From positions 3,190 to 67,189 of the forward strand of contig JACPCP010000019.1 in the NCBI GenBank assembly GCA_016179745.1: a stretch of DNA of 64,000 bases, in the 5' to 3' direction. A program made the position numbers and the translations under genes. Shown here in pieces: positions 53,330-64,000 of this stretch. Source of the DNA: Candidatus Omnitrophota bacterium (GTDB taxonomy: Bacteria; Omnitrophota; Omnitrophia; Omnitrophales; JACQLI01). Position 1 is the stretch's first letter; every line of letters starts with the position of its first letter. The notes under the pieces are model-generated. The model ran no database searches. It saw only the letters and a list, made by a program, of their open reading frames with translations, and was not told where the DNA came from.

Positions 53330-54621
53330 ATCCCCAATCGCTTAAGGATTCGCTTCACGTTCTTCGTGTGATAGCGGTAGTCGAAGACGCCTGCAATTTC
53401 CTTCCCGGTCAGGACCTTCCGGATCCCCGCATCCTCCAGAACGGCCGTCTTCAAATCCAGGTCCGTCGTCTCCCAAACCCGCTTCGAGGCGTCCTGCACG
53501 AGCCTGTAGGCCCGCTCCCGGGTCAATCCCTTTTGAATCAATTTGAGAAGGAGCCCCTGCGAAAAAACCATTCCCCGGCTCTTCTCGAGGTTGGCCCGCA
53601 TTGTCTCCGGATAGACCCGAAGTTTTTGGACAACTCGGACCATGGTCGAAAGCATGTAGTCGAGAAGAATTGTGCTGTCCGGAAAAATCACCCGCTCGAC
53701 AGAGGAGTGGGTGATGTCCCGCTCGTGCCAGAGGGAAATATTTTCGAGGGCCGCCAGGGCATTGCCTCGAAGGATCCGGGCGAGGCCGGCGATCCGTTCG
53801 CAGGTGATGGGGTTCCGCTTGTGGGGCATGGCCGAAGAGCCCTTTTGGCCTTCGCCGAAATATTCCTCCACTTCCCGGGTCTCGGTCTTCTGGAGGTTGC
53901 GGATTTCGGTGGCGAGTTTTTCCAGGGAGCCGCCGAGAATGGCCAAAGTCGTGAGGTATTCGGCGTGGCGGTCCCGCTGGAGGATTTGGGTCGAAATCGG
54001 CGCCGGCTTGAGGCCGAGCCTTCGGCAGACATCTTTTTCCACTTTGGGATCGACATTGGCAAAGGTGCCGACAGCGCCGGAAATTTTTCCGTATTCGATA
54101 TTCTCCGCCGCCCGCTCGAGCCGCTCAAGGTTTCGTTTGAACTCGGCATAGAAGAGGGCCATCTTGAGGCCAAAGGTCGTGGGCTCGGCATAAACCCCGT
54201 GGGTCCTCCCGGCCATGAGCGTCTGCTCATGCTCTTTCGCTCTCTTCCGAAGCGAGGCCATGAGTTCCCGGAGGTCCTGAATTAAAATCTTCGAGGCCTC
54301 CTGGATTTGGAGGGCCAGGGCCGTGTCAAGAATGTCAGAGGAAGTCAGGCCAAAGTGAACGTAGCGGCCGGCCGGGCCGACAGTCTCGGCAAGATTGGTG
54401 AGGAAGGCAATGACGTCGTGCTGGACGATCCGTTCAATCGCCTGAATCCGTTTGAGATTGAAGCGGGCCTTGGGACGGACTTTTCGGGGAATGTCTTTTG
54501 GGATATAGCGGTAGCGTGCCAGTGCCTCGAGAGCGGCCAGCTCCACCTCGAGCCACTTTTGGACTTTGTTCTCTTCAGTCCAGACTCGACCCATTTCGGG
54601 CCGTGTGTAGCGGTCGATCAT
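53326..54621 (-). CDS. purB: adenylosuccinate lyase
   Basis: MIDRY..PEM...W.. N-terminus, ..GLTS.D..DTA.., and the GSSAMPHKRNP signature loop. Confidence 0.95.
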   Translation of the reverse strand: MIDRYTRPEMGRVWTEENKVQKWLEVELAALEALARYRYIPKDIPRKVRPKARFNLKRIQAIERIVQHDVIAFLTNLAETVGPAGRYVHFGLTSSDILDTALALQIQEASKILIQDLRELMASLRKRAKEHEQTLMAGRTHGVYAEPTTFGLKMALFYAEFKRNLERLERAAENIEYGKISGAVGTFANVDPKVEKDVCRRLGLKPAPISTQILQRDRHAEYLTTLAILGGSLEKLATEIRNLQKTETREVEEYFGEGQKGSSAMPHKRNPITCERIAGLARILRGNALAALENISLWHERDITHSSVERVIFPDSTILLDYMLSTMVRVVQKLRVYPETMRANLEKSRGMVFSQGLLLKLIQKGLTRERAYRLVQDASKRVWETTDLDLKTAVLEDAGIRKVLTGKEIAGVFDYRYHTKNVKRILKRLGI

Positions 54622-54634
54622 AGTCCCGTTTCTC

Positions 54635-54709
54635 TAGCGCTAACGGGATTTGAACCCGTGCTGCCAGATTGAGAATCTGGTGTCCTAGACCAGGCTAGAC
54701 GATAGCGCC
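54635..54709 (-). tRNA. tRNA-Glu (CTC)
   Basis: Reverse complement GGCGCTATCGTCTAGCCTGGTCTAGGAC-A-CCAGA-TTCTCAA-TCTGG..CACGGGTTCAAATCCCGT-TAGCGCT-A. Position 1-72 would be a G-U pair. Confidence 0.8.
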
Positions 54710-54869
54710 CCGTAAAACTGCCCCCGGAAAAAGACCCCACCTTCCGACTTCCTTACAACAGCTTTCAGATCAATCAGTTACAACAGGGTAGGACAATGGG
54801 AAGGTGCAGAAACAGGCGTAGTATATCGGCCTTCATGGAACGTGTCAATGGAGTAGGCTGAAGGCGAGC

Positions 54870-55133
54870 CTAAACGTGCCGGCTACGGAGGTCGTCCACT
54901 CGTCGGTCTAAATTTTGGGTCCGGTCTTTCAGAAATTCGAGCTGCTGCTCAAGGTAAAACATCCGCCGTTCAAGATCCTGGACACGGTTCCGGAGAAGTT
55001 TTTCATTGCCTGGCTCCGGAAATTTGATTTCCTTTTGCTCCTTTCGAGGTTGTGCTTGCAGGATCGGCAGCGAAACCAAAGTGAGGCAAAGCCCGAAAGC
55101 CAAAGCGAAAATAAAAAATGGAGTTTGCTTCAC
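54870..55133 (-). CDS. small secreted coiled-coil protein, hypothetical
   Basis: 87-aa ORF; signal peptide (FFIFALAFGLCLTLVSLPILQA) followed by a heptad-like segment (VQDLERRMFYLEQQLEFLKDRTQNLDRRVDDL); begins 4 nt inside the xerD stop region. Confidence 0.4.
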   Translation of the reverse strand: MKQTPFFIFALAFGLCLTLVSLPILQAQPRKEQKEIKFPEPGNEKLLRNRVQDLERRMFYLEQQLEFLKDRTQNLDRRVDDLRSRHV

Positions 55134-56020
55134 GGCCGGGGGTGGAACCTGGCGTGGACGGATTTTAAGTGGTCCCGGGAGACATGGGTATAAATTTGAG
55201 TGGTGGAGATGTCGGCGTGACCGAGGAGCTCCTGCACGATCCTCAGATCGGCGCCCCGCTCCAGAAGGTGGGTCGCAAACGAATGCCGGAAGGTGTGCGG
55301 GGTAATTTTCTTCCGGATGCCGGCGGCACGGGCGTATTGGCGGATGAGCTGCCAGACCCTTTGACGGGTCAGGGACTTCCCGGGGCGGCCCGCAAACAAA
55401 AATCCGCTGACCGGGAGTTTACTCCGGACTTTCGCCAGGTAAGTGCGCACCGCCTGAGCGGCCGGCCGCCCGAGCGGGACAATTCTTTCCTTGCCGCCCT
55501 TGCCCCGGCATTTCAAAAATCCGCTCTCCAGATTCACGTCCTCGGTCTGAAGGCCCGTCACCTCCGAGACCCGGGTGCCTGTCGCATACAAAAGTTCCAG
55601 GAGCGCCCGGTCCCGAATGCCGATGGCGCTTGTTGGCTTCGGGGCCTTTAAAATTTTTTCCATTTCAATCATCGTTAAAAATTCCGGCAGTTTTTTCCAG
55701 AGCCGGGGGGATTCGAGGACGCTCGTGATGTCTTCCCGGAGCCTCCCCTCCTTGACCAGGAACCGGTGAAAGAGTTTGACCGCCACGAGCCGCCGGGCGA
55801 GGGACGGCGTTTGAAGGCCCCGGTCTTTCTCCCGAAGAAGAAATTGAACGATGTCGTCCCGTTTCACCCGGGCAAGGTCGGCGATTTTTTTGCGGGCAAG
55901 AAACTCACGATACTGTCGAAGGTCCTGTTGGTAGGCCTCAAGGGTATTTCCGGCCAGGCCCTTCTCGACGGTGAGGTAACCGATGAACTCTTCTAAAGGA
56001 AAGCCGTTTGCATCCACCAT
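55130..56020 (-). CDS. xerD: tyrosine site-specific recombinase XerC/XerD family (XerD-like)
   Basis: 296-aa ORF; N-terminal SAM-like core-binding domain (..FI.YL.VEKGLA.NTLEAY..DL); catalytic ATGTRVSE, HTFRHSFATHLLE.GADLR.VQELLGH and TQIYTHV motifs. Confidence 0.85.
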   Translation of the reverse strand: MVDANGFPLEEFIGYLTVEKGLAGNTLEAYQQDLRQYREFLARKKIADLARVKRDDIVQFLLREKDRGLQTPSLARRLVAVKLFHRFLVKEGRLREDITSVLESPRLWKKLPEFLTMIEMEKILKAPKPTSAIGIRDRALLELLYATGTRVSEVTGLQTEDVNLESGFLKCRGKGGKERIVPLGRPAAQAVRTYLAKVRSKLPVSGFLFAGRPGKSLTRQRVWQLIRQYARAAGIRKKITPHTFRHSFATHLLERGADLRIVQELLGHADISTTQIYTHVSRDHLKSVHARFHPRP

Positions 56021-56081
56021 GGCGGTATTTAGATTGTCGGCGGGAAAGGGAAGGGGCTGTAGGGGCGGGGTTACCCCGCCC

Positions 56082-58151
<2,070 letters not shown>

Positions 58152-58159
58152 CTATGCCA

Positions 58160-58879
58160 CTATGCCATCAGGCGGGCGGCCAAGTGAATGGGCAGCCCGG
58201 CGTCCCGGATTTTCCCGGCCGCTTTTTGATTGTCATATTGTAGCCGCACCACCTCAAACGTCCAGTCGTCTTCGTCAAAAATCCCGAAGGCGAGGCGGGG
58301 GTCCCGGTCCCTCGGCTGTCCCATCGCCCCCGGATTCAAAATGTAACGTTCTCCCCGCTCCAGCCGGTATTTTCCGGGCGGCAGGTATTCGGCGGAGCGG
58401 GACGATTCCACGAAGCGGGTCGGGATGTGGGTGTGGCCGACGAAACAAAGCGGTGTTTGGAAAGCCCGGAAGGCGGGCCGGGCCTCTTCCGGGGAGAAAA
58501 GATAGTGGAATTCCTCCGGTTGGTGAGGGCTTGCGTGGACAAGCGTGGTATTCGTCGTCACGTGAACATAATTGAGTTTCGAAATTTTCTCCCGATACTC
58601 GGGCTTGAGGACACCCGCCGTCCAGAGGATGGCGGTCCGGGCGCTTCCCTCAAACCAATCCAAAATTTTCCGGTCGACCAGGGCCTTTTCGTGATTGCCG
58701 GCCAAAATCACCCGGGCATGGGCGAAGACCCATTCGAGGCACTCGTTCGGATTGGCGCCGTAGCCCACGTTGTCGCCCAGGGTCCAATACTCGTCAATCT
58801 TCTGATTTGAAAGATAATCCAGCGCGCACTCGAGCGCCTCGAGATTGGAATGAATGTCCGTCAAGACGGCGTATCGCAT
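58160..58879 (-). CDS. metallophosphoesterase family protein (YfcE/MJ0936-like)
   Basis: Start chosen at MRYAVLTDIHSNLEAL. Has the GDNVGYGANP, GNHE and GHTH motifs. The ATG overlaps the acyP stop (TGATG). The ORF is open to 58951. Confidence 0.8.
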   Translation of the reverse strand: MRYAVLTDIHSNLEALECALDYLSNQKIDEYWTLGDNVGYGANPNECLEWVFAHARVILAGNHEKALVDRKILDWFEGSARTAILWTAGVLKPEYREKISKLNYVHVTTNTTLVHASPHQPEEFHYLFSPEEARPAFRAFQTPLCFVGHTHIPTRFVESSRSAEYLPPGKYRLERGERYILNPGAMGQPRDRDPRLAFGIFDEDDWTFEVVRLQYDNQKAAGKIRDAGLPIHLAARLMA

Positions 58880-59151
58880 CAGAATTTGATCCCGAAGCCT
58901 TCGAACCCGGCCGTGGCGCTCCCCCACTCGGTCTCGACGTCCCGGACACAATCCCGGAAGGCCTCCCGGACCGCCTTCAGAAATTCCTGAAGCGTTTTCT
59001 CCTCGCCCTCGGCCACGAGCTCCACCTTCCCGCTGGCAAGGTTCCGGACAAAACCCGTCACGGGAAACCGCCGGGCGAGGCGCACCGTCGTGAAGCGGAA
59101 CCCCACCCCCTGAACACTGCCGGAAAAATAGACATGAAACCTTTTTCTCAT
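58879..59151 (-). CDS. acyP: acylphosphatase
   Basis: 90-aa ORF; V.G.VQGVGFR.......A....V.GFVRN...G.VE..AEG motif. Confidence 0.85.
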   Translation of the reverse strand: MRKRFHVYFSGSVQGVGFRFTTVRLARRFPVTGFVRNLASGKVELVAEGEEKTLQEFLKAVREAFRDCVRDVETEWGSATAGFEGFGIKF

Positions 59152-59182
59152 CCGTAAACTCTGGGAAGGTTCGGAAGAGGCG

Positions 59183-59278
59183 CTACTTCTTTGTCAGAAT
59201 CTTCCAGAAGGAAAAGACGGTAAGCGCTGTGATCACAAGGACACTTAACCCCATAAAGATCCAGCCTGAAATATTCAT
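59183..59278 (-). CDS. 31-aa single-TM mini-protein coupled to the NSS transporter (MetS-like small subunit, tentative)
   Basis: MNISGWIFMGLSVLVITALTVFSFWKILTKK. The ATG overlaps the transporter stop (ATGA). The longer 88-aa ORF form is rejected. Confidence 0.4.
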   Translation of the reverse strand: MNISGWIFMGLSVLVITALTVFSFWKILTKK

Positions 59279-60879
59279 GCGGGGATACGGTGCTGAATGC
59301 GGTGTTTTCGCTGCCAGGCCATGTGGACCAAAAGAAGCAGCGCCACCAAAAGCGCGGTCATGAGAAACCGGGCAAACCACACGTAAGGATAATGCTGGGC
59401 GGCCACCCCCTTCATCAGGAGCACCTGGATCCCGTCCTGGGAAAACCAAAATCCCAGCAGGACGATCAAATAGACCGGCGTGACATACCGCATCGTAAAG
59501 AAAAAGAACCTCGGAACCTTCATGTCAGCCCCCTTTCGGATTTCCTTCCAGGCATTTCGGGCTCCGAAGACCCACATGAAAAGAATGATTTCGATCACGG
59601 CGAACAAGACCACCCCCAGGGTGCCGAGCCAAAAGTCCATTTCATCGAGGAAGCCGTGCTTCAAAAACACCACCACCGGAACCGAAAGAAAGAGGCAGAG
59701 TCCGCCGACCGCAAAGGCCGCATGTTTGCGGTTTAATTTGAACTCATCCTGAAGGAAGGCCATCACCGGCTGGGCCAGGGCGATCGAAGACAGAAGCCCG
59801 GCGATGAAGAGAAGGAAAAACCAAAGTGTTCCAAGGATCTGACCCCCGGCCAGTCTCTGAAAAATGAGGGGCATCGCACAAAAACCCAGATCAAAGGCGC
59901 CGTTTTGGGCAATCTGCTGGGTCTCGACGAGTCCGAAATAGGCCACGGTGACGGGGATCGCAATGAATCCCCCGATGAGAACTTCCGAGAATTCGTTGGT
60001 GGAAACCGTCGCAAGACCCGAGACCACCACATCATCTTTCTCCGAAAGGTAACTGGCGTAGGTTTGGATGCATCCAAATCCCACGCTCAGGGTGAAAAAA
60101 ATCTGCCCCGTGGCCGCCAGCCAAACTTTGCTGTTTTTTAAAGCGGCGAAGTTGGGGTTCCACATAAACCCGAGCCCATTCAAAATATTTCTCTCGGGGT
60201 AAGCCGGGTCCGGCGTCCCCAGGGTCAGGACCCGCCACACGAGGAGCGCCCCAATCGCAAAGGTGACCGGGACCCCCCACGTCGAGAGGGCTTCAATCCC
60301 CTTGACCACGCCGCGTGAAAGGACCCACGTCAGGAGAACGATCGTGATGAAAAGGAAGATGCAGGCGGTCGTGGTATCCTGGAAGTAAATATTTTGAGTT
60401 TTTCCCTGATAGGCGGCAAGAAAATTCACCATTTCGCCGTGGCTCGGGACCGTAAAATATTTTCCCGTGAGGGAAAAGGCGCTGTAGGCCAGTGTCCAGG
60501 AGACGATGTAATTGTAATAAATCAAAATCCCGAAAGGGAGAAAGATACCAATGGCGCCAACGTATTTGGCAAGGGGGTGATTCCAAAGATAGTGAAACAT
60601 CCCCGGGGTGGTCCCGTGCCCGTATTTCCCGCCAAAACGGCCGATCCCCCATTCAATCCACATCAAGGGAATCCCAATCAAAAGGAAGGCGATAAAATAG
60701 GGGATCATAAAGGCCCCGCCGCCGTTTTGAGCGCATTGGACAGGGAATCGGAGAAAGTTCCCAATGCCGATCGCGTTGGCGGCCATCGCCAGGACCACGC
60801 CCATTCGGGTGGCCCATCTTTCCCGCCCTTTGGGCTTTAAGAGGTTGGGGGCTTCAGGGCCGCTCGTCTTCTTTGTCAT
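59275..60879 (-). CDS. sodium-dependent transporter, neurotransmitter:sodium symporter (NSS/SNF) family
   Basis: 534-aa polytopic ORF; RE.W.TR.G..LA.A..AIG.GN.LRFP......GGGAF.IPY motif. Confidence 0.9.
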   Translation of the reverse strand: MTKKTSGPEAPNLLKPKGRERWATRMGVVLAMAANAIGIGNFLRFPVQCAQNGGGAFMIPYFIAFLLIGIPLMWIEWGIGRFGGKYGHGTTPGMFHYLWNHPLAKYVGAIGIFLPFGILIYYNYIVSWTLAYSAFSLTGKYFTVPSHGEMVNFLAAYQGKTQNIYFQDTTTACIFLFITIVLLTWVLSRGVVKGIEALSTWGVPVTFAIGALLVWRVLTLGTPDPAYPERNILNGLGFMWNPNFAALKNSKVWLAATGQIFFTLSVGFGCIQTYASYLSEKDDVVVSGLATVSTNEFSEVLIGGFIAIPVTVAYFGLVETQQIAQNGAFDLGFCAMPLIFQRLAGGQILGTLWFFLLFIAGLLSSIALAQPVMAFLQDEFKLNRKHAAFAVGGLCLFLSVPVVVFLKHGFLDEMDFWLGTLGVVLFAVIEIILFMWVFGARNAWKEIRKGADMKVPRFFFFTMRYVTPVYLIVLLGFWFSQDGIQVLLMKGVAAQHYPYVWFARFLMTALLVALLLLVHMAWQRKHRIQHRIPA

Positions 60880-60978
60880 GGAGGTTGGATTAGATTAGCA
60901 GTTATTATTTTGCTGGAAAAGTTAAATTTAATACGAGAGAATCCCTTTTCGATCATTCCTTAAGCGGGGGGAAAAACC

Positions 60979-61608
60979 ATGGAGATTCTCCAACAGTTTT
61001 TTTCTTATCTCTACCGTTTCGACGAGCTGATTCGCTGGGGCGGGTATTTGGTTCTCGTCATTATCGTTTTTTCCGAAACGGGGCTTTTGGCCGGGTTTTT
61101 CCTCCCCGGCGATTCACTCCTGGTCACCGCAGGCCTCCTAGCGGCCGTCGAAGGAACGCTCAATATTTGGTTTCTCAATTTGCTGCTCTCGGGGGCGGCC
61201 ATTCTGGGAGACACCACGGGTTACTGGCTCGGGCGCCACTTCGGCCCCCGTATTTTTAACCGTGAGGACTCTTTCTTTTTTCACAAGAATCATCTTCTCC
61301 GCACCCAGAAATTTTATGAAAAGTACGGCGCCAAGACAATTATTCTCGCGCGTTTTATTCCCATTGTCCGCACCTTTGCCCCGACCGTCGCCGGCGTAGG
61401 CCGAATGGAATACAAACGTTTCCTCATGTATAACGTCCTTGGAGGAATTGGCTGGGTGGCTAGCATGACGCTGACGGGTTATTTTCTCGGCCGCTCCGTC
61501 CCCGATATCGAGAAGCAGATTCACTGGGTGATTTTGATCGTGATCGTGCTTTCCTTCCTTCCGATTCTCAAGGAATGGCGTCGGTCGTTGAGCCGCTCCC
61601 CCCGGTAG
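60979..61608 (+). CDS. dedA: DedA-family membrane protein (VTT domain)
   Basis: 209-aa ORF; ..F.E.G......LPGDSLL...G.L, ..R..GP.IF and ..YG.K.I.LARFIP.VRTF.P..AG motifs. Confidence 0.85.
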   Translation: MEILQQFFSYLYRFDELIRWGGYLVLVIIVFSETGLLAGFFLPGDSLLVTAGLLAAVEGTLNIWFLNLLLSGAAILGDTTGYWLGRHFGPRIFNREDSFFFHKNHLLRTQKFYEKYGAKTIILARFIPIVRTFAPTVAGVGRMEYKRFLMYNVLGGIGWVASMTLTGYFLGRSVPDIEKQIHWVILIVIVLSFLPILKEWRRSLSRSPR

Positions 61609-61647
61609 TCCTGCACCGCCCCGCCGGGGCTCCTCTAAGGGTTCGGA

Positions 61648-62868
61648 CTAGAAACGGACGATGTCTCCCTCGTGGGAAAGGGCAAGGAAAAGGAGAAGGT
61701 AATCCCGGAGGTGGCGGGTCAGGAGGAAATTCTGCCGGACCTGCTCCCGGCCGTTTTCTCCCAGCCGTTTCCCATACTCGGGATTTTGCAGGACCTGTTT
61801 GATGGCATACGCCGCCCCTTCAACGCTCCGGCAGAGAAGCCCTGAATATTTATGCGAGATTTGCAGAGTAATTCCGCCCACGGCCGAGGCCACGACGGGT
61901 TTGGCCTTCCAAAGCGCCTCTGTCACCGTAAGCCCGAAACCTTCTCGAATAGATTTTTGAACAATCACCGTCGAACCCCTCTGAAGGGCATTGATCTCCA
62001 AATCACTTCCTGAGGGGATCGCCAGAACGTGGACATCCGGATTACCGGCAGCCCGCTCCCGCACCCGGGCCAGGACTTCTACGGACTCCGGATCGTCCGA
62101 GGCCTCCCCCCCGACCAGCACCAGCTGACAATCGACATTTTTCTGCACCCTTTCAAAGGCCTCAATGACCCCGAGCGGGTCTTTTAAATAATCAAACCGG
62201 GACACCTGTGTCACAAGCGGCTTCTCGGGATCGATCTGAAATTTCTCGAGAATTCCCCGGACGGTCTCCTCTGACAATTCCTTGTTCTTGTCGCTTAGAG
62301 GATCAATGGAAGGAGAGATTAAAAACTGGCGGATCGGAAGTTCCTGGGAAAAACTGGGGGCGGAAAAGACCGAACCGTCGTAACGGTCCATAAAAGGCCT
62401 CAGGAAATTCCAGACCCGCTCGTCCGGCTGGGAAACGTCGATGTGGCAGCGCCAAATCCACTTGGCGTTTAGCTTGTTCTTTTGCTGAATCAAGGCGATC
62501 GGCTGCGGGTCGTGGATCACGAGAATGTCGCCTGCCAGCTCGAGGGAACGGTTGTTCATCTCGGAGGTCTCAAGAAAGACGGAAAAATCGTTGGGGCCGA
62601 TTTCTTCCGCCTTTCCGTGAAGGGCATTGTGGAACTTTTTTGTCACCTTGAAGAATTTTTCTCCGCCCTTGATCACATCCCATCGGGCATCAACCTCAAG
62701 TTCCCGTAAAAGCGGGACCATCCGGTTGAGGATTTCAGCCACGCCCCCTCCCACGGCCGTGGAGTTGACATTCTGGACCTTCAGTCCCTTCGTCTTTTCA
62801 GAAAGAAGGCGGAGCTCTTCAACAATTTCAGCCCCGACCACGGATTCATAATCTTTTAAAGCGTGCAT
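61648..62868 (-). CDS. treT: GT4 glycosyltransferase, TreT-like trehalose synthase
   Basis: Start chosen at MHALKDYESVVG (4 nt after the upstream stop). It aligns along its full length, from memory, to archaeal TreT (..VNST..GGGVAEIL....PLLR......RW.VI.G...FF.VTK.FHNALHG.., WRCHID.S.P, SIDPLS.KN, QVSRFD, SIREGFGLTVTEA.WK.KPV). Confidence 0.75.
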   Translation of the reverse strand: MHALKDYESVVGAEIVEELRLLSEKTKGLKVQNVNSTAVGGGVAEILNRMVPLLRELEVDARWDVIKGGEKFFKVTKKFHNALHGKAEEIGPNDFSVFLETSEMNNRSLELAGDILVIHDPQPIALIQQKNKLNAKWIWRCHIDVSQPDERVWNFLRPFMDRYDGSVFSAPSFSQELPIRQFLISPSIDPLSDKNKELSEETVRGILEKFQIDPEKPLVTQVSRFDYLKDPLGVIEAFERVQKNVDCQLVLVGGEASDDPESVEVLARVRERAAGNPDVHVLAIPSGSDLEINALQRGSTVIVQKSIREGFGLTVTEALWKAKPVVASAVGGITLQISHKYSGLLCRSVEGAAYAIKQVLQNPEYGKRLGENGREQVRQNFLLTRHLRDYLLLFLALSHEGDIVRF

Positions 62869-62872
62869 CGGC

Positions 62873-63535
62873 TCAACCTCTCCCCGCCTTCCGAATCCGG
62901 TTCTCGACCAGCTGAATGACCTTTGTCCGCAATCCTTCCATGGTGTGGGTGTAGGGATCCAGCCGGGCGATTTTCTGGGCCAGCTCCTTTTCGCCGAGGC
63001 CTTCGAGCCATAAGGAAAAATCATTGGTCCCCTTCTCCAGCCGGATCCGGGCCTCGAACATGTGAAAGTAAATGGAGTGGATCGTGATCTTCTTCAGCAC
63101 CGCAGCAAACTCCTCGAGGTTCGAGACGGAATAAGGGGTCGGAAAAACAAAGCTGATCGACTTGACGAGGTGAAACTCCTCGCCTTCCGGGGCCTCCCGG
63201 AGGTCCTTTGCTTTCTCAAGATATCCCCGGATCGTCGAGAGGATCTTCTCCCGAAGCTCCCGGATGGTTTTGAAGTCGCAGGTGTTGATGCTGGCCAGGC
63301 GCTCCCCCAATCTTTTATCCTGAAGAATCTCGGTCACCCAGTAGGCGAAATCATTCGGAGGCTCGGGCGACAAATACTGGTGCTGCTGGAGAAAGTGGTG
63401 GGTGTGGTGATAGACCACAGAGCCCGGAACCGTTTCCAGATGAGCCGCCAGCTCAGTCAGGTTCTTCGCCTTCAAGCCGGTCAATTCCCTGAGGTGGAGC
63501 CGGGTATAGAAATGGAAGGGGTCGGCCTGGCTCAT
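62873..63535 (-). CDS. conserved hypothetical protein (DUF5752-like, tentative)
   Basis: 220-aa ORF between otsA and the treT-like gene. Starts FHFYTRLHL..LTG..A.NL.EL..HL..V...VVYHHTH.FL. The family name is recalled, not verified. Confidence 0.45.
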   Translation of the reverse strand: MSQADPFHFYTRLHLRELTGLKAKNLTELAAHLETVPGSVVYHHTHHFLQQHQYLSPEPPNDFAYWVTEILQDKRLGERLASINTCDFKTIRELREKILSTIRGYLEKAKDLREAPEGEEFHLVKSISFVFPTPYSVSNLEEFAAVLKKITIHSIYFHMFEARIRLEKGTNDFSLWLEGLGEKELAQKIARLDPYTHTMEGLRTKVIQLVENRIRKAGRG

Positions 63536-64000
63536 GCCGTCTCTTGGAATTCGAATTTGAGAAGCTGGGAAAGCACCTTCCCGACCCAGCGGTAGATGTT
63601 GTTCTGTTCGATGGTCTCCCTCATTTTCTTCATCCGCTTCTGCCGCTCCTCGCCAGCAAGCGTCAACGCCTGATAAACGGCCTCGGCCGCCGCCTCCGTG
63701 TCGTAAGGATTGACGAGGAGGGCGTCTTCAAACTCCCGGGACGAACCGGTAAATTGTGAAAGGATGAGCACGCCGTTCAAATCCGAACGGCTGGCCACGT
63801 ATTCCTTGGCCACGAGATTCATCCCGTCGTGGAGCGAGGAAACCATGCAGGCGTCCGAGAGCCGGTAAAGCGCCAAAATGTCCTGATAGGAAAGGTAACG
63901 GCGGGTGAAGACGATCGGCGCCCAGGAGCCCTGGGAATGTTTCCAGTTGATCTCCTCCACCAGCGCATTGATCTCATCGTTCAGGTCCTTGTAGCGGGTG
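63532..64000 (-). CDS. otsA: alpha,alpha-trehalose-phosphate synthase (GT20), C-terminal part; the gene continues beyond the window
   Basis: ..SLHDGMNLVAKEYVA.......GVLILS.F.G...E...ALLVNPYD......A...AL.......R......... is a typical OtsA C-terminus. The reading frame is still open at 64000. Confidence 0.85.
   Translation of the reverse strand, partial: TRYKDLNDEINALVEEINWKHSQGSWAPIVFTRRYLSYQDILALYRLSDACMVSSLHDGMNLVAKEYVASRSDLNGVLILSQFTGSSREFEDALLVNPYDTEAAAEAVYQALTLAGEERQKRMKKMRETIEQNNIYRWVGKVLSQLLKFEFQETA

Noticed and set aside
55130-56020. XerD-like recombinase as the island integrase
   Set aside because: It lies about 29 kb from the island, next to ligA and among housekeeping genes, and looks like the chromosomal dimer-resolution XerC/D. 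Nothing links it to the island borders.

Overview
This is a 64-kb window from a fairly GC-rich, diderm-type bacterium (Lnt, TatA and MreBCD-PBP2-RodA are present). I cannot name the lineage from sequence alone. Almost everything is on the minus strand; only four of my CDS calls are on the plus strand. The housekeeping content is as follows:
- smpB plus tmRNA, and efp
- alpha-glucan genes (GH57, DUF4912, malQ)
- the mreB-mreC-mreD-mrdA-rodA cluster, and aroA
- LemA-TPM-TPM, lnt, and msrA/msrB
- nrdR-glyA-rpiB-tsaC
- a nine-gene purine operon (purB-C-S-Q-L-F-M-D-E), then xerD and ligA
- an NSS transporter and trehalose genes (partial otsA, treT-like)
- six tRNAs

The standout is a compositionally patchy defence/toxin-antitoxin island of about 16 kb (about 10.4-26.3 kb). 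It sits between tRNA-His and malQ and splits the alpha-glucan genes. All its genes are on the minus strand:
- a class II Fic protein
- an MNT with a truncated HEPN partner
- a Cas4-like PD-(D/E)XK nuclease and an AT-rich UvrD-like SF1 helicase
- a type III res/mod pair preceded by a small Cys/His-rich ORF
- a DUF1016N-SNase fusion
- HigBA-like and BrnTA-like pairs, the latter with a third Zn-ribbon gene
- AbiEi/AbiEii

I saw no integrase or transposase in the island. It does contain two families of non-coding repeats that sit at module boundaries.

My best candidate for an undescribed system is the helicase + Cas4-like nuclease + coupled mini-ORF cassette directly behind the type III R-M operon. 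The nuclease-swapped DUF1016N-SNase protein is second.

Other oddities are a 24-aa in-frame gap in MreB, a TsaC-LMW-PTP fusion, and a tmRNA tag ending in LAV. All family calls come from motif recognition by eye; no searches were run.
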